Assembly: GCF_004010195.1 (NCBI RefSeq)
Contig: NC_057720.1
Coordinates: 26,823,153-26,887,152, forward strand
Length of the DNA: 64,000 nucleotides
Reading direction: 5' to 3'
From: Chiloscyllium plagiosum
Lineage: Eukaryota
Of the stretch, positions 1 to 12,249 are shown piece after piece; position 1 is the first letter of the stretch; each line of letters opens with the position of its first letter. Position numbers and translations under genes: made by a program. The notes beneath the pieces are model-generated. The model made no database searches. It was not told the origin of the DNA and saw only the letters and a list, made by a program, of their open reading frames with translations.

Positions 1-983
1 CTGCCTAACTCTCTGTAATCTCCCTTCAGAATCTCAACCTTTTCCCTTCCTATGTCATTGGTTCCAATATGGACAATGACCTCCTGCTGGCCCCTCTCCT
101 CCCTGAGAACATTCAGAGACATCCTTGATCCTAGCACCAGGGAGACAACACACCATTCTGCTTTTTCGCTGCTGGCCACAGAAACATCTGTCTGTACCTC
201 AGACTACAGAATCCCCTAACACAATTGATCTCTTGGAAGCTGACGGACCCCTTGTTTCATTAGAGCCAGTCTCAATACCAGAAACTTGGCTGTTCGTGCT
301 ACGTTCCCCTGAGAATCCATCACCCCCTACATTTTCCAAAACAGCATACCTGTTTGAAATGGGTATATCCACAAAAGACTTCTGCACTAGCTGCCTACCT
401 CTCTTACCCTTCCTGGAGTTAACCTATCTATGTGACTGTATCTGAAACTTTCCCCCCTTCCTGTAACTGCCATCCATCACATACTGTTGCTGTTGCAAAT
501 TCCTCATCGCTTCTATCTGTCTCTCCAACCGATCCACTCGATCTGATAGCATTTATGGCAGATATAATCTGCAGTAACCCTTAAACTCTCTCTAAACCCC
601 CACATCTGACAAGAAGTACATATCACTGCAAAGGCCATTTTTGCTCCTTTACAATCTACAGACCCCAAAAATAACACTGTCTTATTCCTCTACCAACACT
701 GCCCCAGGTTAAATTAATAGCTATGGCTTATATTTTAAGTTTAATCAAGAGACTTATCTCCAAAAACATATCATCAAGAAAGAACCCACTGTACTCACTA
801 ATACAGCCTTTCTCTTGGACAAACTTAAAACAACAATTAACTTATCTGATTCTGTGCTGTGAACTTCACCCAACAGTTTCTCCAAGATTAATTGTGAATT
901 TCACTGTTTGTTAATTTTCCCAGATTCACTCTGACGTCCAGCAATACACGAATTCAAACAGCAAATGCAGTAACTGTGCAGGT

Positions 984-1027
<44 letters not shown>

Positions 1028-1232
1028 CCCTGCACTGTCCTCACCATGTGCTTCCTTTGTCTGCTCTTCTCCCTTTTAAAACTGCTGTTCCAAAACAATG
1101 CAACAGCATATAAAACAGTAATTGCTGCTCCTGGAATTCGAGAAAATCACCTCCAGCACCTAAAATACCTCAAAAAAAGGAGCAGCTCTTACAGCCAGAA
1201 ATTTTTCCCATCCTCCATCTTGGATTACCCAG
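1..1232 (-). mobile_element. CR1-type LINE 5' region: 5'UTR with (GA)n tract plus disrupted ORF1 (zinc finger, coiled coil, SGNH-esterase-like); runs off the window start
   Basis: Minus ATG at 638-636 gives MAFAVICTSCQMW...YICHKC. Downstream peptides IPISNRYAVLENVGGD and IVLGDSVVxGTD are typical of CR1 ORF1. Colinear with the plus-strand copy at 53745-54600. Confidence 0.9.
984..1026. repeat. (TC)n microsatellite inside the CR1 5'UTR
   Basis: Direct reading. Confidence 0.95.
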
Positions 1233-1366
1233 AATAAATCTTCCAAGTTAACCCTTTCAGGCCAACTGCTGATAAGACAGTCTGCTTCATGGATCGGCTG
1301 TGACTGGCGTATATCATGCAGCATCATTCAGAAAATTGAGGATGACCTTTCTGTCTAGTGACAGAA

Positions 1367-1480
1367 TGGTGCTGGAAAAACACAGCAGGTCAGGCAGCAT
1401 CCGAGGAGCAGGAAAATCGACATTTCGAGCAAAAGCCCTTTATCAGGAATAAGAGCATCTGCAGTACTCACCTTCACCAA
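1367..1480 (-). mobile_element. PLE pLTR fragment with degenerate hammerhead core, followed by a short oppositely oriented pLTR tail
   Basis: Minus strand reads attcctgataaagggcttttgctcgaaatgtcgattttcc. Plus-strand gcatctgcagtactcacc matches the pLTR tail at 34615-34635. Confidence 0.8.
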
Positions 1481-2209
1481 TCTTTCCCTACTCCCAGCTC
1501 ACCTCTATCCTGCTATCAAGCATGACAAGCAAACCATTGATGCTTGTGTCTTTCACACCCCTTCAATCTCACTATTCTTGCTTTCAGACACCCGAAAATT
1601 GTCTCCTGCCAACCCACAAGATCCCAAAGTGAAAAGGAGAAATTAACAGCAAAATACGTAATATGATATTCTCAGGCACCAGCACCCTGAGGATTAGTAT
1701 GGAATTATGATCTGCATTCAGTGGGTGGGACTGCCTGCAATTAGACCAAGGGTAAAGGTTGCATTGGTGGCCAGCTCACCTGAGGATGAAGTCACTGACA
1801 AATTCTGCTGCAGAGGATTCAGATGAAGATGAGGCAATGAACAAGAGAGCATGGCTTGGACATATACTCCAGAACACTGAGTAGATCTGCAAACCTGTCA
1901 TATGGCCTCCTGTCACTACTGAAGAACTTCCATAGTTCAAGGCACAAGTACCTAGGGCAACAGAAGATCTTGTATTGACATCATAATTGACAATTAGGTC
2001 ACTTTCTTTGTATTTTCCTGCTAGAAGTGATGAAAATGAAACCTCCACTGTCCTGCAAGCAATGCCAAAGTTGGGTAGTAGATTGAAAAGGCATCAAACC
2101 ACACATGGAATTCCAATCAAAAGGAGTGGTAACTTAGTCTCGGAAATTGCTGGCCTAAGTCCATTTTTGAAATCTCAGGGCATTGACCGAGTTTAAAACT
2201 TAATTAAAA

Positions 2210-3150
2210 ATATATGATACTGTATGAACCAGGATAGGTCTTTGGGTTCATCACACTTTTGCTTTGCAACTTGTGTAACATTATACTCCACAACGTAATC
2301 ATATTTATTATTTTAGCATAGGATGCATTAACTGAGTATGGTAAATGCTATTTATAATTCATCTCCTACTTGATAACTGCATTTCTGAATTAAGTCCATC
2401 TTCCCAGAAAACCCTGTTAGATATTAATAAATGTATTAACGATGGAATTTTCTGGGACTGTTCACTGAGGGACTCTGCTGGTCACAAGCCTTCAATTAAT
2501 ATTATTAGCATTAATAATGACCTTCTGTTTCCTATTATCTATCTAATTAATAACCCAATTTACTTCCTTGGTTCAAGTCCCCTGAGCTTTTACGATTGGA
2601 ACAAATCTTGTGGGATGTTAAGAAATACTTTCTGAAAGTCATCATTCGTTTTATCCACCTACTATTTCTCTTCAAAGAATTCCAATAAATTTGTTAGCTC
2701 AGATCTGTCTTCTGTAAAGCTTTACTGGCTTGGATATATTGGTCTGCCATTTCACAATGCTTTTGAATTGTTTATTTTACTGCAAACTTTAGTATTTTTC
2801 GCACAATAGATGTCATCCTAACAGGCCTATAATTCCCAGCAATGCACCTCAGAGCATGTTAAGAATTGGAATCACAAGAGCTATCTTGCAATCTGCTAGT
2901 GACAGCCCCACAATAGCCCGTTTGCAAATTTAGCCCATGAATGCCTTGGTTCTACATTGTTTTCTTACTGTGTTTGTGTTTCTCTATTCCATTAGTTACT
3001 TTTGAAGCCTTGTGAAGACTTTCTTAATGAGACAAAGTTGACTCATAAAATCGAAGGACATTATTTATTCAAACAATTCTGTCTTTCTTTCTGGTGAATT
3101 TCCATGACTCCTCAATGAGATGAAGTGTCCCAAAACACTGGCACTGGCCA
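2210..3150 (-). mobile_element. Old, highly decayed CR1-like ORF2 (RT) fragment
   Basis: Residual motifs such as ctaacaggcctataattccc (minus GNYRPVR) and tttctgaaagtc (minus DFQK). Confidence 0.6.
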
Positions 3151-3191
3151 GCCCATCAGCAGCTTCTGGGAAGGTTGAATGCAGACCCTGG

Positions 3192-3272
3192 GTGTGGTGC
3201 TGGAAAAGCACAGCAGGTCAGGCAGTATCCGAGGAGCAGGAAAATCAACATTTCAGGCAAAAGCCCTTCATC
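3192..3272 (-). mobile_element. Solo PLE pLTR fragment
   Basis: gtggtgctggaaaagcacagcaggtcaggcag...aaaagcccttcatc; same family as 1367, 10978, 34510 and 61712. Confidence 0.85.
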
Positions 3273-4234
3273 TGATGCCTGGATGCAGATCTTGCCCAGC
3301 TCCCTACCGGGGAGATATTTTTCAATGTAATTAAGCATAGGACTTCAAGCCAGAGAGCCATGAATTCAGGAATATCTGTGAGGGAATCCTAGTGGATCCA
3401 CTTTTCCTTACATTTCTATATTTAGGCAGTTCCCCAGGGAGGGGCAGTAAATGGGGAAAGATCCATTGTGACATCACCCATCTTATGCCCAGTCAATTTC
3501 TTAACCATCATTTCCTGAAACAGTGGTCATATTTTATTTTCAAGAAGGAGTTAGATAGTTCGTAGGACTAAAGGAATCAAAGGCTACGAAGACAAAGCAG
3601 GAACAAGTACTTAGTTGGACAGTCAGCCATGGTCATATTGAATGGTGGGGCATGCTTGAAGGGCCTCTTTTGCTTCTATTTTCTATGCTGCTATGCATTA
3701 CATTGTATGGTGAAAAACTGACCCAAAATTAACAACAATCTATCTGTAATGGTCGCATCCCAAGAATAGCGACCAGAGAGAAGATTTTGTGTTTTGGGTC
3801 ATGTTCCAAAATATCAAGGTCAACTGGGAGTCTCAAGCCCATATTGTGTCACCTAAATGGTCAATCAGTGGCCAAAGGTTACACACATTGGCCAATAAAG
3901 ATAATGGATAGGCTCTTGAAGCCCGAAGGCTAATAGGTTACACTGAAGAGAAAGGACACCTCCATGTGGAGGGTAAACCTTTTGACATGGTGGCCTCTGG
4001 ACACAGCCGTGGCCAGTTAGATTGTTGGGGGTGGAGTGGTCAATGGTGGGGTCTTCAGAGTCCTTTCTAAATTACTATTTCCACAGACTATCCCAGAAGG
4101 CTGCCTTGGCTCTGGTTTGCGATTTTAATATGTCTATTAATTAGCTTTATAGCTTCTTTCTGCTTGCAGGTTAGTGGTGCAAAATTATATTCCTGTTGAT
4201 TTCTGTTCTCAACCCATTTCGGGCAAAGGTTGTT

Positions 4235-4372
4235 AACATTACATTTGAGAAAGCACTCTGTTCTGCTGCCCTGATGCACTTTGTATGATATGATCTGCCT
4301 GTATAGCACACCAAACAACACCTTTCACTGTATCTTGGTATATGTGACAATAATAAATCAAACTCAAACTCC
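4235..4372 (+). mobile_element. Rex1/Babar-like LINE 3' tail
   Basis: tgatctgcctgtatagcac...tttcactgtatcttggtatatgtgacaataataaatcaaactcaaactc; partly similar to 53715-53740. Confidence 0.6.
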
Positions 4373-5544
4373 AGGAAACTGATATCTTAGAATTGGTTCA
4401 TGTTGAATTGGAAGAAATAAGATATTAACTGAAAATGTTAAACTGGGCTTAGTTGTTAACTACAAAGGGAGATAAGGAAGAATTCCAGTCAATGAACTAT
4501 GATCAGCATAGGAGGTAAAATGGGGTATAAAACTAAAAGAAGTGACGTATGCCAATGCTGGTTATCTGGTGGGTGATGAGACATATGGGAACATTGGGTA
4601 TGAGCAGGTAATAAATCTCCTTGAGTCTGTTCTGCCATTCTTTGAGATCATAACTGATCTGTGACCTAATCCCCCTTACTGACATTTGTTCCCTATCCCC
4701 GAATATCTTTGATTAACAAAAGTCCATTGACATCGAGTTAAAATGAACAATTAACCACGCATCAACTACTGACAGGAGAAAACAGTTCCAAACTTCAACA
4801 ATCCTCCACATGAAAAAATATATCCAAACTTCAGACCTGAATGGTCAATTTTCTAACTCATGGATTGTATCGCTTGGAGCAAGCTCCTCCAACCTGCTGA
4901 AATAGCTACTATCCATCTTTCCTGTCTCTGTCTTTATGTAGCATTCTCAATTGGCACTCCCTACATTTCTAACTCTAGCAGTCTTTCTATGATGCCATGA
5001 AATCACATGGGCATGCAGAAGAGGTAGGCACAATAACTACCTCAGCCAATAGTGGAATCAACCCATGCTTCTATTAAGCAACATACTCTAAGCAACTGGA
5101 CAATCAGCCCGATACATCTACCCTATCACTCTGCCCTAGTATCGTGAATATTTCAATCCAATTGCCCATTCAACTTCTAAATTCCAAGGACTAAAATCCT
5201 CACACAGTATCTTCCCTGGTTGGTGTGTTCTCACACACTGGCTGGAAAGCTGGCAAGTGGACTGTCTTGCATCTTCTGAGGAAAGATTTTTGGATCTTCT
5301 GCCAATCAGGTGGTTCAAAGGACCCTGGCAGGGCCATGTTCTGGAACTGTGCCCCCAGGGGTTGGAGTCCCATCTACCAGAATATCCTTTCCAATCAGAG
5401 GCTGGCAGCTCCTGCACTCGGCAACATCACAATGGAGGCTGTGGTTTCTGCTGCTGGCATTGCAGTCCTGGAGACCATGGATTCAGGAGCTAAGTTTGTG
5501 GACTGGGATGTTTCTGGGCTGGTGGTCATGGAGAAACAAGGGCA

Positions 5545-7060
5545 TATCATTCCCAAAGTGTGGTGTCCTAAACTGAATACAGTTCTTATGGCGCAGCCTA
5601 CCCAGTGCTTTATAACTGTAGCGTAACTTCAATTCCCTTCCATTCCAATATTCTACATATGAAGTCCAGCATTGCATTAGCCTTTTTGATGATCTTCTGT
5701 ATTTTGCATGGCTTGGATGTACAAGTCTGTTTGAATCTCCATCATTTATAATTTTTCATTTAGAAAGTAATTTCATCTATGTTTTTTGGTCCAAAGTCAT
5801 CATTCTCACTTTTGTCTGTATTGAAAACCTTTGCCATAATTTTACCCATCCACTTAGTCTGCTAGCATCTCTGTAATTTTATTTTCCTGTTTACCCAACA
5901 TACAATACCTTTGGCTCAATTATCAGCAGCAAATTTGGATGCATAGCTCTCTACCCCATCATTTAAGTCACTAATGTCATGGTGAATAGTTGAGGCCCAG
6001 ATGCACGTGGAAGATCATTGATCACATCCTGTCACGTAGTGTAGCTATCCATTCAAAGCAACAAGTGATCGCAAAAAAATAAATTGCAGCAAAAATGGAT
6101 GAATAAAAATTGCAAGCAATGTTGTTTAACTATAGCAGTTTTTCTTAATATATTAAGAGTAAGATAGAACTAAGGGATATGTAGAGTCATTAAAGACAGG
6201 TGCAGGTGACATTGTCAAACACAGCAAGGTAAGGGTAGATTTATTAAATTGATATTTTGTATCCATTATCATTGGAAAAGGAGGATAAAATGCAACCGAT
6301 AGAAGAGAAACAACATAAGTCAAAGAGAGAAAGTTTTTGGCTTCACTTAAGATTTTAAAAAATGGTAATGGAGAAAGTAATGGGACTCAGCATAGATAAA
6401 TGTCCAGGGTTTAATGAGTTTGCAAACGAGAGTAATAAAATAAGTAGGTAAAGAAATTGTAGAAGCATTCACTACAATCTTTCAAATAGTTCTTGTTTCG
6501 GGAAATATATCATTAGATTGGAAACTTCAAATATCACTCTATTATTTAAGAAAGGTGAGAGAAACTGCAGGTTTGCTGGTTTAACATTTGTTGTGCGAAA
6601 ACTACTTGAATCTATCAATTGGGAATAGAATGATCAAGCACTTGAACAAGTAAGAACTGATCAGGGAGCATTACATTATCTTTATTAAATGTAAATTGTG
6701 TTTAACTTACCTTGTTTAAGTTTTGGGGAGGTCATTAATACAATAGAAATACAATAGAGAATGTCTATGGAAATTAAAAATATAGATTTCCATTCAACAA
6801 TATTCCAAATGTAAGAATCTTTGCAAAAATGTGAGTGTCGAGATCTGACAGATGGTGGTCCCCAGCGAACTGGTCTTTGGTTTTAACGTTTTACTATTTA
6901 TTAATGAATTCAATGAAGAAATAAAGAGATGTATGACCAAGTTTGCAAATAACACTAAATTAGAAGACACAGCAATGTTGCAAATGTTACAGACAGGAAG
7001 TAGCATAAATAAAATAATGGCAAAGTGTTAGAGACAAGAAAACTGCAGATGCAATGGAAA
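5545..7060. mobile_element. Two decayed CR1-like ORF2 fragments, minus (~5545-6050) and plus (~6050-7060)
   Basis: Remnant motifs: ccaagtttgcaaataacactaaattag (KFADDTKL-like, plus) and tcagcagcaaatttgg (minus). Confidence 0.65.
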
Positions 7061-7739
7061 AGTGTAGCAGAAATCTGCAACTCTCCTCTCAAAGGACTTT
7101 GGGTTCTGAGTCAACTGTAAATTTCCAGACTAAAATATTATCAGCATGGGGGTAGGATGACCTGGTCCTGTTCCTAATGTTTGAATTTCTCTCTGAAATG
7201 AGGCAAAAATGACATGCTAATATTATCTGTTCTATTATCTGGCATTATTGCCTCATTTGCTCTCAGCGCCAGTCACATCGCTACTGAATGTATTGTTATG
7301 CTTCCAGAAAAGACAGCAGATTTTAAAAGCTGCTGAATATTTTATAAAGAACCAGAGAAAGGTTTTTCAGCCAGTTTTTTCTTGTTTTCCTTTGCCAATA
7401 ATAATTGCTTTACCATTTATTTTCTGCTTTCCCTTCGCACTTTGATAGAAGGGAAAGGAACCCCAGCTGCTCTAACAGGAAGGGGAGAGCATGGCATGAT
7501 CTTGCAGCCTTCTCAAAGGCTACTCAACAGAGCAAGATGCTGTGTCTTGGAATGTGTTCCCAGTGACTGTCCTGAAAAAAGCCTACAGCCCAACCTATAG
7601 CTTTGCACCAAAGACAATGCATTGCCAAATCTTTTAAGCTTGCAGGTACTCTGATCATTTCTGGGATAGAATTCAGGCAATCACTGGGGAACATTAGCTG
7701 AGCGCAAGTGGATAAGGCAATTCACAGAGGCATTGCTGA

Positions 7740-7975
7740 TAAGAGAAAGACCCAACTTCTTAAACTCATCAGAGGCATGTGGGATGCACTACCATAGAAA
7801 GTGGTTGAGGCCAAAACATTATGTGTTTCAAGAAGAAGGTACAAATAGCTCTTGTGGATAATGAAACCAAGGGATATGGTGGAGGATGAGGATAATGAGC
7901 TCAATGATCAGCCATAGTCATATTGAATGACCTACTCCTACTCCTATCTTCTATGTTTCTAAATGTTTCTATGTG
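7740..7975 (+). mobile_element. CR1 3' end fragment
   Basis: tgtgggatgcactaccatagaaagtggttgaggcc...ttctatgtttctaaatgtttctatg tail. Confidence 0.7.
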
Positions 7976-8354
7976 AAGTCCAGTTATACAAAGGCTGTAG
8001 GAAGAGGTTATTAAATTCTCAAGAGGTGGGTGTTGAAGCCGTGTTAAATTAATTTCAATGGAAATGAAAGAAAAATGAATTCTACTGTCAAAGAAAAGGA
8101 AATTCTATCTAGTGTGTGTATGGTAAAGGATTGTTGGTGGAATTAATAAGATTGTATTTACCATGAATGTCAAAATCTTTCAAGTTGACTTGAATATAAG
8201 GAACTTTGTTTATTCTATGTTATCTTCATTTCTTTTCTACAATAGATATGTTTTATGGTTAAAAACAAACCTGCAGCATTGTGTTTTTATGTTTTGGAAA
8301 AATACAGCTCATTAAAATCAAAAAGGAAACACAATATGATCCAACAGGAGAGTT

Positions 8355-8475
8355 GATGGCCTAACGATATTGTCACTAGACCTCAGGAAATGTTCTAGGG
8401 ATCTGGGTTCAAATCTCACTATGGCCAATGGTGGAATTTAAATTCAATAAAAAATTGGAAGTAAGAGTTTAATGT
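8355..8475 (+). mobile_element. tRNA-derived SINE head (same family as 44578-45195)
   Basis: A-box-like tggcctaacga; B-box gggttcaaatctc; tggtggaatttaaattcaataaaaa. Confidence 0.7.
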
Positions 8476-9079
8476 TTTGAGAAAAAAGCCAGATTTCAGG
8501 CCAGGGTTTGAACATCAGCTGGGATTCTAGCTGTCCTTTCAAAGTTCTACACTGTCCTCCTCACAGTTTACAATTCTCTCAAGTTTGGTGTTTTGTGAAC
8601 TTGTCTCTTGCACTCCAAGTTCTAGATCACTGTTGTATATCAGGAAAAGCAAGGGTCTCATTACCGCTGGCAGGGAATTCCACTACAAACCTTCTTCCAG
8701 CCTGAAAAAATATCCATTAATCATTACTCTCTACTTCCTATCCCTCTGTCAACTCTGTATCTATATTGTTACTGTCCTGCCTATTTCATAAGCTCTAACT
8801 TTGTTCCCAAGTCTGTTATGTGGTACCCTCTGTGTTACCTCTTTGAAAACTGCAACAAGTTCGCGAGACAAACCATTTAACAAATCCATGAGTTCTTGTT
8901 GGAATCAACCTGTATTTTTCCACTTGATTATTAATTCTATCCCAAATAATTGTCTCTCGAAATTTCCCCACTGAATTTAAATTGACAGGTCTGAAATTGC
9001 AGAGCCAATCTTTACAATACTTTTTTTAAACAAGGGCAAAATGTTTGTCATCATTGCTGAGACCTTCATTATTTCATTT

Positions 9080-10190
9080 GTATGTTTATCACTTTGGTTT
9101 GGAGCTCTGAACTTTGAGCTGAACATGACTTTTGGATGGTAAGCAGCAGTTTGTTTTTAAAAAAAGACAACAAACATTACTATTTGCTTTTGAGACCCAG
9201 CCTGGAAGTTAATTGTAAGTTGATTCTTGTTCAGAGAACTCTTTATAGACAGTTCGGTTCCAGAAATGTGTTATGCTGAAATAGATGGCAGATGTTTGAA
9301 GTTAACAGAAGCCTCATAAGGAGACAACCAGCCCAACAAAGAAACAAACAAGTTTGAACTGGGTTTTGAACTGTCTGTTTTTCAGAAGAATTGTGCCGGG
9401 ACAGAGGTTTGATTGCTTCTTTGTTGCCCTCCATTATCAAATTATGTAGAGATCAGAGAACAAAATCTCAGTTATAGATATTTAGTGAATATGCCTTGGA
9501 ATCTACTGAAAGCTCGTTGCATGCCTCAGTGTCTTCAGAATCTAAGCAGGATACAATCCCATGTGCCTGTTTGATTATGGCTTAAGTGAAATGGCCGGAT
9601 ACATTACATTCTTTTTTTCACTTTTTGACTTATCCCTTTACTGTGTCTGTTTGATTTCTGTCCTTGTCATAGTGTCATAGAGATGTACAGTACGAAAACA
9701 GACCCCTCAGTCCAACTCGTCCATACCGACCTGATGTCCTAAACTAATCTCGTCATATTTGCCAGCACTTGGCCCGTATCCCTCTAAACCCTTCCTATTC
9801 ATATACCCATCCACATGCCTCCACCACTTCCTCTGGCAGCTCATTCACACACCTCCCTCTGCGCAAAAAAGTTGCTCCTAGATTCCTTTGTGAGAGACTA
9901 GAATTAAAGACTGAGTTTAAATCATAGATATTAATTAGATTACTTTGATATTTTAACTTTGTTCTGCTAAAACTATTGTATTATTAATAAATTGTTAAGT
10001 CTTTTGTTTACACACTTCGTGCCTGGGTATCAATTATTCACAAAATCAGGTAGTGGTTATTCAAATGGTCTGGTTAGAAATCATTGGGATCAATTTTGAG
10101 GGCCTTTGAAGGTTTTAATTTTACTGTATTGTGAATACAGAAATAGAGAGGCTGATTTGATTTGATTGTCTGTCTTCATGATGTAAAACC
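9080..10190 (+). mobile_element. Probable solo LTR-like element, interrupted by a CR1 3' fragment
   Basis: LTR-like composition with an AATAAA at ~9986 followed by a T-rich tract; termini not resolved. Confidence 0.35.
9667..9888 (-). mobile_element. CR1 3' end fragment with a small internal deletion
   Basis: tcatagtgtcatagagatgtacag...ccaccacttcctctggcagctcattc; matches 14258, 23500, 42485 and 45700 copies. Confidence 0.85.
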
Positions 10191-10977
10191 ATGGCCTGGG
10201 CAATATCTACTTCATAAGTAAAGATAGATGCAATGTATTTATTTAACACCTCAGCCATTCATCTTCCCTTATGACCCCAGATCAGTTCAACCCTTTCCTT
10301 TTACCATACTTTATTATTAATGTCTTTATAGAAAATTTGGGATGTCCCCTTATGTTAGCAGCCAGTCTTTTTTTCATAATCCCTGTCCTGATTTGAAATC
10401 TATTGTAAAATGCAACACATTCTGTTTAACATCAGAATTGCTATAGGATATGAAATAACCTAGTGTGCAAAATACTTTAATTGGCTGACCAACCTAAGAA
10501 TGTATCAGCAAATATGTTTTTTGTGTATTTAACATCAGAAAGCAGCAAAATATACTTTCACTGCTGCAGGTAGATTATGGAAAATGCTGCTGTAAGATTT
10601 TGTGATACTGAGCCTTGGAGAAAGAGCACACCTCATACAAACTTTTACAACTCCTTCAAGCATTTAATCTAATCGAGTGCCATTCAACAGATCTGAAAGC
10701 TGAGCAACAAGTCTCTATCAGTGACTTAAATGTCAAGCAGAAAATGCAGCATGCCAAACCAAAACTATTGGCAAGCCAGGTCAATTTCAGTCACATGTTA
10801 TTACTGCAGTGGAAATTATTCCTGCAGTGATAATTGTCCAACAAAGGGTCAGGCATGCAGGAATCAGAATCACTTCTGCTGATGTCAGTCATCCAGGCAT
10901 AAACCACTACAATAACATACAATGAAGCATGTTAGCTCAAATCTATATCCAGAAAAATACAGGCTTTCAAGAAAGCA

Positions 10978-11121
10978 TAGGCGAAAGTGAGGACTGCAGA
11001 TGCTGGAGATTAGAGTCAAGATTAGAGTGGTACTGAAAATGTACAGCAGGTCAGGCAGCACCCAAGGAGCAGGAAAATCGATGTTTCAGGCAGGAGCCCT
11101 TTATCAGGAATGACGAAGCAT
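10978..11121 (-). mobile_element. Solo PLE pLTR insertion with 15-bp TSD
   Basis: gctttcaagaaagca at 10963-10977 and 11122-11136. Confidence 0.9.
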
Positions 11122-11169
11122 GCTTTCAAGAAAGCACACAGCTAGGTCAGCCAGGACCTTTGGCAATTA

Positions 11170-11295
11170 CAGGCAAAATACTGCTGATGCTGGAAATCAG
11201 CAACAAAGAAAATGGTGAAGAAACTGGCAGCATCTATGGAACGAGAAACAGAGCTAATGTTTCAAGTCCAGCATGATAACTCTTCAGAACTGAAC
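11170..11295 (-). mobile_element. Older PLE pLTR, another family
   Basis: Minus strand reads agttctgaagagttatcatgctggacttgaaacattagct (degenerate HHR). Confidence 0.65.
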
Positions 11296-11366
11296 TTCTT
11301 ACCAGTTGTGATTCGGTCCCGTCCATTCGTACGCAATCCTTCACAAGCCAAGTTCAATGTACATGA

Positions 11367-12249
11367 TGGCCTCTTTCTTTAGAGACCGCAATTTCCCTTC
11401 CCACATGGTTAAAGATGCCCTCCAACACATCTCGTCCATACCTCCGCCCTCAGACCCCACCCCTCCAACCGTAACAANNNNNNNNNNNNNNNNNNNNNNN
11501 NNNNNNNNNNNNNNNNNNNNNNNNNNNNNNNNNNNNNNNNNNNNNNNNNNNNNNNNNNNNNNNNNNNNNNNNNNNNNNNNNNNNNNNNNNNNNNNNNNNN
11601 NNNNNNNNNNNNNNNNNNNNNNNNNNNNNNNNNNNNNNNNNNNNNNNNNNNNNNNNNNNNNNNNNNNNNNNNNNNNNNNNNNNNNNNNNNNNNNNNNNNN
11701 NNNNNNNNNNNNNNNNNNNNNNNNNNNNNNNNNNNNNNNNNNNNNNNNNNNNNNNNNNNNNNNNNNNNNNNNNNNNNNNNNNNNNNNNNNNNNNNNNNNN
11801 NNNNNNNNNNNNNNNNNNNNNNNNNNNNNNNNNNNNNNNNNNNNNNNNNNNNNNNNNNNNNNNNNNNNNNNNNNNNNNNNNNNNNNNNNNNNNNNNNNNN
11901 NNNNNNNNNNNNNNNNNNNNNNNNNNNNNNNNNNNNNNNNNNNNNNNNNNNNNNNNNNNNNNNNNNNNNNNNNNNNNNNNNNNNNNNNNNNNNNNNNNNN
12001 NNNNNNNNNNNNNNNNNNNNNNNNNNNNNNNNNNNNNNNNNNNNNNNNNNNNNNNNNNNNNNNNNNNNNNNNNNNNNNNNNNNNNNNNNNNNNNNNNNNN
12101 NNTCCCCACCCGCACCCTCCTCTCATTTATCTCTCCATCCTTCAGGCACTCTGCCTGTATTCCTGATGAAGGCCTTTTGCCCGAAACGTAGATTTTCCGC
12201 TCTTCGGATGCCGCCTGGACTGCTGTGCTCTTCCAGCACCACTAATCCG
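11367..12249 (+). mobile_element. 5'-truncated Penelope-like element spanning an assembly gap, ending in an HHR-bearing pLTR; 12-bp TSD
   Basis: MASFFRDRNFPSHMVKDAL, as in 40551-41300; attcCTGATGAaggccttttgcccGAAAcgta at ~12159-12190; TSD caatgtacatga at 11355-11366 and 12250-12261. Confidence 0.9.
11478..12102. other. Assembly gap (625 N)
   Basis: Run of N. Confidence 1.

Noticed and set aside
1776..2080. 90-aa minus ORF ending near a cag|gtgagc donor-like site
   Set aside because: No recognisable protein; may be a decayed transposon fragment
5136..5626. Cluster of overlapping ORFs up to 133 aa
   Set aside because: No recognisable domain; the ORFs run into an antisense CR1 fragment, so this is probably an unclassified repeat
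7449..7645. Strong polypyrimidine tract plus AG suggesting an exon
   Set aside because: Stops in all three frames and a weak donor (gtactc); a UTR exon cannot be supported without RNA-seq
11341..12166. Three long ORFs (221-269 aa)
   Set aside because: Artefacts of translating the 625-N gap; the flanks are PLE sequence
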